A stretch of 64,000 nt of DNA from Savitreella phatthalungensis (taxonomy: Eukaryota): positions 124,001-188,000 of the forward strand of contig AP039689.1 of NCBI GenBank assembly GCA_051599415.1, written 5' to 3'. Under the pieces are notes generated by a model, which did no database searches, was not told the DNA's origin, and was given only the letters and a program-made list of their open reading frames with translations. Below, piece after piece: positions 33,250-41,487 of the stretch. The position numbers and the translations under genes were made by a program. Each line of letters begins with the position of its first letter. Position 1 is the stretch's first letter.

Positions 33250-35337
33250 ATGCTCATCTTATCTCTTGCCTTACTCACCAATCCCACCGCGGCTCTCTAC
33301 ATCAATTCTTCAGCCAACGTCATCGCACCTTGCGACTCTCGGATCTTCTGCTATGGCGAACTCCTACGAGATGTCCAGCTTGCAAGACCCTTTACTGACT
33401 CCAAAACATTTGTCGATATGCCGACGACGAAGCCGTTTGATCAGGTCTTTGCAGCGTATCAAAACCTGACAAAGCCTCTGCGCAACGACTCTCAACTTCA
33501 ATCCTTCCTCTCAAACAACTTTGGACAGGCAGGGACGGAGATTGGCGAGCCAAACACTACACTATCGATAAACCCGACCTATCTCGGCAATGTCTCATCT
33601 AATGTGGTGGCAGATTTTGTTCGCCAGGTCATGGGTATCTGGCCAACGCTCACACGACAGTATAAGTCAACTGGCTTGTGTGAAGGATGCACATCCAGCA
33701 GTATCCCTCTCAACCACACTTTCGTCGTGGCTGGTGGGCGCTTCCGCGAAGCATACTACTGGGATTCCTTCTGGATCATGGAAGGCCTTCTACGCACGAA
33801 AGGCAGCTACACAAGCATCTCTAAGGACATCCTTCTCAACTTTTTTGATCTAGTCAGACTTTACGGCTTTGTTCCGAATGGCTCTCGCAAGTACTACTTG
33901 AATCGTTCCCAGCCACCACTCCTTACTCAGATGGTCCGGATATACATCGAGCAAACAAACGACACATCCATTTTGACAGATGCTTTGCCCGTCCTGGAAG
34001 CTGAGCAGCGCTTCTTCAGCACCAACAACTCCATTCTCGTCAACATCACAGGTGGCTATAGTTACAACCTGTCGCGATACTACGTCAACAACAATCAGCC
34101 ACGCCCGGAATCTTTCGTCGAGGACTATGCAGAAGCAAACAACGTCACCTACATCACCACCAATGGCACTGCATACCAACAGACCAATCTTTCCTCGGCA
34201 CAACAGGCGAGTCTATATTCACAGCTAGCTGCAGGTGCAGAGTCAGGCTGGGACTACTCTGGAGGCCGCTGGCTACGTGAGCCCTTGCTTGCAGCCAATG
34301 GACGCGACTTTCCTCTCCGAACTTTGAATGTCGAAGGTACTGTTCCCGTCGACCTGAACTCCATCCAATACTACAACGAAGCGACCCTCGCAGAGTTTTA
34401 CGATTCGGTCGGCAACGCCACAGCTGCGGCCGCATGGCGTTTGCGAGCTCAAAACCGCAAATTTGCAATGGAGATTGTTCTCTATAACGCCACGCTCGGA
34501 AGCTTCTTTGACTACAATCTTACGTCACGCGCTCAGAACACGCACATTCCCAGCAACAACGGATCACGGATCCAGTTCTTCTCGCCGGCACAATTCTTCC
34601 CATATTGGGCTGGAGCAGTCAGTGATGCCCTGCTGTTCAACGCCACGGCACTCTCTCGTGCGTTTGCACCCGTTCAGAGCCAGCTCTCGTCCTTCCCTGG
34701 AGGTCTGGCTGCGACTGATCTTACGACGGGGCAACAATGGGACGCGCCAAATGTCTGGCCACCTCTTCAGGACATCGTTGTCCAGGCTGCTTTGCGCGCT
34801 GCCGACAGCATCTCGTCCCTCGATTCCTCGAGCACTGCTACCTCGAAAGCCGCGGTGCGTGCTCTGCCGGGACCACAAGCTCGCAATGAAACTGCCACCC
34901 AACTTCGTTCACTCGGCCTCCAAGTTGCTCAGCGCTACGTCGACTCTGCCTACTGCACGTGGCGTTCTACCGGCGGTTCTCACCCGACCCTCAACATTTC
35001 GCGGCTCCCAGGCTTCGACAATGCGACGGATGCGTCCGTTCGTGCGGCCAATGGCACGATGTTTGAGAAATATTCCAATCTAGCCATCGATGCCGTTGGG
35101 TCTGGCGGCGAATACACAGTCGTTCCCGGTTTCGGCTGGTCAAACGGTGTCTTGATCGCTTTCAGCGACCTCTTTGCTGGCAACTTGACCACACCGAATT
35201 GCGGCGATATTCGTGCAAACACAGAAGGCAGCAGTGTGACAAAACGTCATCTCGGTCACAGCGAATATTACCTCGCTCCGCGGTCAGCCTTCCCAGGCTC
35301 TATCAAGGCCATGGGTCGGCGCATGCAAGGCCACTAG
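33250..35337 (+). CDS. Secreted alpha,alpha-trehalase, glycoside hydrolase family 37
   Basis: Signal peptide; DSKTFVDM, GGRFREAYYWDS, YLNRSQPP, PRPES, AESGWDYS, QQWDAPNVWPP, MFEKY, GFGWSNG; many N-X-S/T sequons. Confidence 0.95.
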   Translation: MLILSLALLTNPTAALYINSSANVIAPCDSRIFCYGELLRDVQLARPFTDSKTFVDMPTTKPFDQVFAAYQNLTKPLRNDSQLQSFLSNNFGQAGTEIGEPNTTLSINPTYLGNVSSNVVADFVRQVMGIWPTLTRQYKSTGLCEGCTSSSIPLNHTFVVAGGRFREAYYWDSFWIMEGLLRTKGSYTSISKDILLNFFDLVRLYGFVPNGSRKYYLNRSQPPLLTQMVRIYIEQTNDTSILTDALPVLEAEQRFFSTNNSILVNITGGYSYNLSRYYVNNNQPRPESFVEDYAEANNVTYITTNGTAYQQTNLSSAQQASLYSQLAAGAESGWDYSGGRWLREPLLAANGRDFPLRTLNVEGTVPVDLNSIQYYNEATLAEFYDSVGNATAAAAWRLRAQNRKFAMEIVLYNATLGSFFDYNLTSRAQNTHIPSNNGSRIQFFSPAQFFPYWAGAVSDALLFNATALSRAFAPVQSQLSSFPGGLAATDLTTGQQWDAPNVWPPLQDIVVQAALRAADSISSLDSSSTATSKAAVRALPGPQARNETATQLRSLGLQVAQRYVDSAYCTWRSTGGSHPTLNISRLPGFDNATDASVRAANGTMFEKYSNLAIDAVGSGGEYTVVPGFGWSNGVLIAFSDLFAGNLTTPNCGDIRANTEGSSVTKRHLGHSEYYLAPRSAFPGSIKAMGRRMQGH

Positions 35338-35413
35338 GAGCTTGCTGGACAGTTTGAAGCCTGCCCGAATCCAAGCCAACTGCTGCTCGGGATTTATAGA
35401 TCATATATAATAT

Positions 35414-37105
35414 CTAATCGACATCGTCTAGGTCGTCGTCATCCTCGTCGTCCATGTCCTCATCATCTGGGTACTCTTCGTACTGCTCGACAACTCGCCA
35501 ACCGCCGTTGTTGTCACTCTCGACTGCTTCCTCCTCTTCATCATCTTCATCCTCCGACTCTTCGTCATCATCGAAGGACACCTGGACCAGGCCATTGCTG
35601 ACAACGAACCAAATCAGCCCTGCTAATCCAGTTGCCACAAAGATGGCTTTGCTCTTCCATGCTGCAAATCTGGCGGCGTGCCTTTCCTCGGGCGTCTTAC
35701 GTACGCTTGCTCCTGCCCCATTTGCCTGTGTCGTCTCCTCGTCTTCCTCATCGTCGGCCTCGTATTCAGCGGCTTCGTTTCTGCGAGGCGGTAAGAATGG
35801 GCCGAGCGGATTCCACGATACAGCGAAATCTCTCACGCTTTTCAGAGCGACCTTGCCGAGCGCGCTCGCTCGCTCAGCGGGTGAGGCGTTCGGCAATGAG
35901 ACTCTAGGGAGGACTGCATCGAGCAGACCTCGAGACAGGACGGTGATCTGGCTACCATCGACTGCGTCGTCGAAGATAGTGGCGCGGACGTCTTCTGCAT
36001 ACCTTGCCACGCGCGGGTACTCGTCCCTCAACCGCGACCGCACGAGTCCTCTCGGAGCGGCAGCCGCAGACAGATGAATCAGCAGATGAGCGGCAGCCAG
36101 CACATCGACCGACGACAGTCGGTGACCCGTCTTGCGATCATGTCGACTGGCGGAGTTTGTGCCTCCCCCCTTCTGTGGCGAGTAGTGTAATCCTGATGGC
36201 GCGTGCACAGCCTTCTGCGGAGAGGCTGAACCACCACCAGCAGCAGATGATGGGCTCGCAACCTGGTCTTCGTCGTCGTCATCAAAGCACAGGAACCGGG
36301 AGCGTTGCAATCGAGACTCAAGCGCGCCATACACAGTGTCCGCGATCGCCTCGAGCTTGTGGGCGAGCGCTTGTTGGAGCAACGTGCCTGCAACTGTCGT
36401 CGATCCCGGCGTTCTCGCAGCGGGCGTAGCACTCCCGCTGCCCTCCCCAGCCCGCTGCGTCGCTGACTGAGATTCCGGTCCCGTCCCGCGTGACCAGACC
36501 CCGAACGACGGTCGAGACCAGCTCGCTTCCGACCTCCCAACCTCGCCTTCCCCAGCAGGACACTCCCACCCGACCTCACCAGGACCCATCCCATGTCCAG
36601 CACCCTCCAAAAACCCAAGCTCCTTCGCCCGCACTAACGCCCTCCTCCGCCGTGCCGCCGGCACCGAATACGCAAACGGCATCCCCAACGATTTTGAGAC
36701 CGCCGGTCGCGTATACCCGGCGTAGTTAGTGTCCTCTGCGTAGAGCCAGAGTGCTGTGAGATCTGCTGCGCGTGTGGCGATGAGTGCCTCGTAGGCATGC
36801 CTGCGTGCGTGGACGAGGTCGGTGAGCGAGGTGTGGTGATGGTCGAGTGTGAGGTCGTACGTGCGTGCTAGGAAGTCCCTGATCTCCCCATACCCACACA
36901 CCCACACACCGCTCTCCAGATCGTGCAGCGCAGGAACCACACCACACCGCACAACCACACCACTACCCACATACCGAACCCCATACCGCCCACAGGCCAC
37001 AGCCTCCAGCAGCATCACTGCACCCACGCACTCGCCAGACCCAGCCACAACCGACGTCCCGTCCAAGGGAGGGTCCACGTAAAGCTCCATGTCGACGACA
37101 GCCAT
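35414..37105 (-). CDS. SAM37: Metaxin/Sam37 (Tom37)-like mitochondrial outer-membrane protein
   Basis: MELYV...ECVGAV, VPALHD...GYGEIRDFL, LWLYAEDTNYAGYTRP, LSSVDVLAAAHL; C-terminal TM followed by an acidic tail. Confidence 0.7.
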   Translation of the reverse strand: MAVVDMELYVDPPLDGTSVVAGSGECVGAVMLLEAVACGRYGVRYVGSGVVVRCGVVPALHDLESGVWVCGYGEIRDFLARTYDLTLDHHHTSLTDLVHARRHAYEALIATRAADLTALWLYAEDTNYAGYTRPAVSKSLGMPFAYSVPAARRRRALVRAKELGFLEGAGHGMGPGEVGWECPAGEGEVGRSEASWSRPSFGVWSRGTGPESQSATQRAGEGSGSATPAARTPGSTTVAGTLLQQALAHKLEAIADTVYGALESRLQRSRFLCFDDDDEDQVASPSSAAGGGSASPQKAVHAPSGLHYSPQKGGGTNSASRHDRKTGHRLSSVDVLAAAHLLIHLSAAAAPRGLVRSRLRDEYPRVARYAEDVRATIFDDAVDGSQITVLSRGLLDAVLPRVSLPNASPAERASALGKVALKSVRDFAVSWNPLGPFLPPRRNEAAEYEADDEEDEETTQANGAGASVRKTPEERHAARFAAWKSKAIFVATGLAGLIWFVVSNGLVQVSFDDDEESEDEDDEEEEAVESDNNGGWRVVEQYEEYPDDEDMDDEDDDDLDDVD

Positions 37106-37338
37106 CGCCGAGGTAGAGGTGTAGAGTGCAGGATCTCTGTAGGTATGGTATGTGTCTAGTTAGCTATATTGCAAGGTGAATCGAGACATTGAAATTTCCA
37201 CGTCGGGATGGAGACGTAGATGATCACGAATCTCGATGCACGATCGACGAGTGACAAACCAGGAAGTGATGCCAGAATCGATGGGATGGGTTTATGGACT
37301 CCTTTAACGATGAGATGATAGGTGTGTTCAGACAGCTT

Positions 37339-38955
37339 CTACAGACCGAGTCCACCAAGGGTGACTGCTTTGATGACGGTGTAGTCTTCGAGTCCGTACT
37401 TGGAGCCTTCACGTCCGAGGCCGGATTGCTTGACGCCGCCGAATGGCAGGGCGGAGTCGGAGATCAGACCGGTGTTAGCACCGACCATGCCGACTTCTAG
37501 AGCCTCAGACACGCGCCAGATCCTGCCGACATTCTCAGAGAAGAAGTATCCGGCAAGACCGACTTCCGCAGAATTGGCCAGCGCAATCACCTCGCCCTCG
37601 GTCTTGAACTTGTACACTGGAGCGACAGGGCCGAAGATCTCGTCCTGGTTGAATTTCATGTCAGGCGTGCAGCCGGTGACGAGGGTCGGGTCGAAGAAGT
37701 TTGGACCGATGTCCTTGCGACGCTGTCCACCAGTGACGACCTTGCCGCCCTTGTCGGTCGCATCCTTCAAGAGCTCCTCGACCTTGTCAACAGCTCGACC
37801 GTGGATGAGAGGGCCATGAGTTGTGCCGTCTGCAAGTCCAGGGCCAAGCTTGATCTTGCTGATGGCTTCCGTCAATTTTGACACAAATGCATCGTGGATG
37901 CCTTCTTGGACATAGATTCGGTTTGCACACACACAGGTCTGTCCTGTGCCACGGAATTTGCATGTGATAGCCGCAGGGACAGCCTTCTCGAGATCTGCGT
38001 CGTCAAAGACGATGAACGGCGCATTGCCACCGAGCTCGAACGAGCACTTCTTGATCGTGCTCGCAGCCTGAGACATGAGAAGTCTACCGACGCCTGTGCT
38101 GCCAGTGAAGGAAATCTTGCGGATCGTTGGGTTGGTGGTGATTTCCTTGCCGACTTCCGGTGTGTTGGCGAGGGTGGTGACGACGTTGAAGACGCCGGCA
38201 GGAATGCCTGCACGATGTCCGAGCTCGGCAATGGCAAGCGCCGTCAAGGGTGTCTCACCTCCTGGCTTCAGGACGGTCGTGCATCCAGCTGCGACGGCGG
38301 CACCGACTTTGCGGGTGAACATGGCCAGTGGGAAATTCCAGGGAGTAATAAGGCCCACAACACCGACTGGCTGCTTCATGGTGAATACCCGGTTACCCTT
38401 GATACCGGAAGGGATAACGTCGCCGTAATGGCGCGGAGCCTCCTCGGCGAACCATTGGAAGAAGGAGAGACCGTATGCTACCTCACCCTTGGCTTCTGCA
38501 AGCGACTTGCCATTCTCCCAAGAGATGATCTTGGCAAGGTCTTCTGCACTCTCCTGGCAGAGCTTGAGCCACTTCAGGAGCATGTTTGCACGTTCACGAC
38601 CGGTCGTCTTTTTGAATTCGGCAAAGGCGACCTTGGCGTGTTCGATAGCTTCAGCCGTGTCTGCACCGTCGAATTCGGCGACTTGAGCTATCTCAGCATC
38701 GGTCGAAGGGTCAGTGACGGCGAACGTCTTGCCAGATTTAGCATCAACCCATTTGCCGTTGACGTACGCCTGAGTCTTGATCAGGGAAGGATCCTTGAAG
38801 TCGGGTTTCTGTGATGCCATTGATGAATAGCTGGTGATGGAGATTTTTGAGGCTGCTAGATTCCTTCTTGTCGATGCAAGGAAAGCGGAAATATGACGAG
38901 AGGTCGAAGGTGCTGAAAAGAAGAGAATGCTTCTACCGGATGGAGCACAGAGCAT
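37339..38955 (-). CDS. UGA2: Succinate-semialdehyde dehydrogenase (NAD(P)+), ALDH5/GabD family; second in-frame start at 38820
   Basis: ITPWNFP, ISFTGSTGVG, SFELGGNAPF, KFRGTGQTCVCANR, EIFGP, PFGGVKQSGLGREGSKYG. Confidence 0.95.
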   Translation of the reverse strand: MLCAPSGRSILFFSAPSTSRHISAFLASTRRNLAASKISITSYSSMASQKPDFKDPSLIKTQAYVNGKWVDAKSGKTFAVTDPSTDAEIAQVAEFDGADTAEAIEHAKVAFAEFKKTTGRERANMLLKWLKLCQESAEDLAKIISWENGKSLAEAKGEVAYGLSFFQWFAEEAPRHYGDVIPSGIKGNRVFTMKQPVGVVGLITPWNFPLAMFTRKVGAAVAAGCTTVLKPGGETPLTALAIAELGHRAGIPAGVFNVVTTLANTPEVGKEITTNPTIRKISFTGSTGVGRLLMSQAASTIKKCSFELGGNAPFIVFDDADLEKAVPAAITCKFRGTGQTCVCANRIYVQEGIHDAFVSKLTEAISKIKLGPGLADGTTHGPLIHGRAVDKVEELLKDATDKGGKVVTGGQRRKDIGPNFFDPTLVTGCTPDMKFNQDEIFGPVAPVYKFKTEGEVIALANSAEVGLAGYFFSENVGRIWRVSEALEVGMVGANTGLISDSALPFGGVKQSGLGREGSKYGLEDYTVIKAVTLGGLGL

Positions 38956-39044
38956 TGGCTGGGGCTTCGTAAAGCCCTTGGGTGAAATACACAAGTCGAA
39001 TGAACAAAGAGGGGGTGGTAGAGATTCTTGACTCAGAATCTGGC

Positions 39045-39074
39045 TGATGATGATGATGATGATGATGATGATGA
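39045..39074. repeat. (TGA)10 microsatellite
   Basis: Direct reading. Confidence 0.9.
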
Positions 39075-39131
39075 GCAGACTACAGTAGTCGACCTCTGGA
39101 GAGGATGATTGCAAAGGCGGTATGAGATGGC

Positions 39132-39213
39132 TGTGGGTGTGTGGGTGTGTGGGTGTGTGGGTGTGTGGGTGTGTGGGTGTGTGGGTGTGTGGGTGTGTGG
39201 GTGTGTGGGTGTG
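39132..39213. repeat. (GGGTGTGT)10 octamer tandem array
   Basis: Ten GGG runs at exact 8-nt spacing, 39135 to 39209. Confidence 0.95.
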
Positions 39214-39850
39214 CGTGTAGAGCTGCACTGCAGGTGAGTGTGGAGTCGATCAATGATATGATGCACATGATGATGATGAGATTCATGCCATTCCATCAAT
39301 GCATGGGGCAACGGATTTTGAATCCATTAAATTTGATTTGACTCATTGTTGGACTAGATGAATTTGGCGATAGAATTGCCGTTTTGGAATAAATCATCTG
39401 GATAAAATGATGATGACTGTGATCAATGAATGACAGGAGGATTTAATTTAGTTGATAGAAGAAGATGGTCATGGTTCCGTTTCAGCAGTTCCGCTCAATC
39501 ATCAGATTGAGCGGATTGACTGATGTAAAATAATTCCAAAGTTTAGAGTATGCACCTTTCTGCTACAGTCTACACCAAGATGATTGAATCCTCTGTTGCG
39601 GGGATATCAGAATCAATTGATATCATATGTTGAGAATCGTATCGGATCACGTGTGCCAAATTCTCATCCCACCTGAACCTTTTCACCTGCAGCTATACCC
39701 CAAGGGTGTGAAGCCTTTGGGAAGTGGAAGCCCAAGTAGAGCAACAAGTTCGTCTTGCACTGTCATTTCATTCACAACGCCAGCGTCGAGTATCTCAAAG
39801 ATCAGTTGTACCCAATTCTATTCAGTCACTGACACAAGTCTCTCAAAATC

Positions 39851-40363
39851 ATGTCTCCCAGAATACCATATGTCGACAATGATCTGCCCGGCCAAGCTGC
39901 TGATGCAGTTCGTCAGCGCAGAGGCAGTGGCAGGCTCCTAGAGCTCGATCGCATGCTTCTTCACAACCAGGACATGGCTCTGGGCTGGAATGCACTCATG
40001 GGAGCTGTCAGGCAGAAGAACTCACTCCCAGGCTCGATTCGAGAACTCGTCATCTGCTACATCGCCGTTCTCAATCGGGCAGAATATGAGTGGGGCCAAC
40101 ATGCACCTGAAGCGCTTGCCGAGGGAGTATCGCAGGCAAAGCTCGATGCACTCCAGCGCGGAGACGTCTCAGAACTGGATGAGACTGAGCAACTTGCGAT
40201 GGAATACACTCGTGCCATGACACTCGACGTTGATGTGCCAGATACACTGGCAGATCGTGTCAAACAGGTTTTTGGCTCTGCGCAGACGGTCGAATTAACG
40301 ATGACGGCTGCCTCTTACAATATGGTATCTCGCTTCCTCGTCGCTTTGCATGTTGGAAGGTAG
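39851..40363 (+). CDS. Carboxymuconolactone decarboxylase / AhpD-like family protein
   Basis: LLELDRMLLH, RELVICYIAVLNRAEYEWGQH, VELTMTAASYNMVSRFLVAL. Confidence 0.88.
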   Translation: MSPRIPYVDNDLPGQAADAVRQRRGSGRLLELDRMLLHNQDMALGWNALMGAVRQKNSLPGSIRELVICYIAVLNRAEYEWGQHAPEALAEGVSQAKLDALQRGDVSELDETEQLAMEYTRAMTLDVDVPDTLADRVKQVFGSAQTVELTMTAASYNMVSRFLVALHVGR

Positions 40364-40977
40364 GAAGTAAGACTGGGTAGGCGGAGCGCTTCATCTAATT
40401 CTTCCTGTTCGAATGCAACACAATTGTTGAAACAGGTGGGATCACATCAAAGACATCGCAAGACAGCGACCTTGACTGTCTTCACTTGAAGCATTGTTCG
40501 AAATGAAATCATCTGCTGCAAAATTATGCAGATCGGTAATCCACGAAGTTGCTCAACCGTGCAGCTTCTCAGCTACTTAGCTACTCAGCTACCGTAGCAT
40601 CGGTGAGTTGACCTGATCGTCACGTCACAACAGAAGAACCAAGTCAAGAATCCGATATGGATATGAAGGTCTCGACCAAGGGAACGCCTTTCTCTCGCTT
40701 AACCACATCCCACTTCTACTGTTGTCTGATATGGCTTCGCTTTTCAAGACACAGACACTGCAAAACATCCACTCAATCTCCGAGTTCAAAAGGGTCAAAA
40801 TGGATTTGACCTCTTCTACCCTCCCACAAAGGAATCGTTGAAGATTCTATACTCGAAGCACAACACCGTCAGAATCCAAATTCGATATATTCTCCATTCT
40901 GACAATTAATCTTCGGCTGGTCTGACGCCCTTCATCAGGCATCTTCTCCTCCAGACCATCAGTATCTCTCTCAGAGC

Positions 40978-41394
40978 ATGTCGCCTGTCATATCTTCAAC
41001 TCTCTCAAATGCCGCGGCGAACTTTGTAAAAAATGCTCCGCTGAGCACCACCGCCAGCCTACCGACTTGGTATGGTAATCCTTCCCAAACAGCTCCTTCT
41101 TCTTACGTCTGCAACCTGGAATCACTGAATGGGTCCACTGTCAGATTGGACGCCACCTTCACGCTCCGAGCTCGTGGCTCCTCCGCAGTTGGCCTTTTCA
41201 CTGTCGACCATGTCTCGATCGGGGAAGCAACCATCAGACTGGGATCGTGTCTGAACAGGTCGGTACGTTTCCATTCACTCTTGTCCTCACAATCACAATC
41301 CATCCTCACAATCACCAAAAACGCTGCGGCACGACACAAAATCATCACGACGCCTCGGAAGTGCCGCAAAGAAGCTCCTTGTCTTCTCCATTAG
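40978..41394 (+). CDS. Possible small ORF, uORF or first exon of the downstream 7-TM gene
   Basis: 138 aa ATG-initiated ORF with no recognisable domain; contains a GTACGT donor-like site at 41263. Confidence 0.3.
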   Translation: MSPVISSTLSNAAANFVKNAPLSTTASLPTWYGNPSQTAPSSYVCNLESLNGSTVRLDATFTLRARGSSAVGLFTVDHVSIGEATIRLGSCLNRSVRFHSLLSSQSQSILTITKNAAARHKIITTPRKCRKEAPCLLH

Positions 41395-41487
41395 TGCTTC
41401 ATCTTTGTCGAATTCTTATCCCCTGCGCAACTATGGATGCATCCTAGGTCTTGACGAGCAGCGCGCGGTCTCTATCAGCCGGCCGCC

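Noticed and set aside
37894..38814. 306-aa ORF antisense to SSADH
   Set aside because: Typical shadow ORF caused by codon bias in the sense gene; no domain recognised.
38956..39228. His/Thr/Pro and poly-Ile extension of SSADH
   Set aside because: GTG start, and the peptide is simply translated microsatellite.
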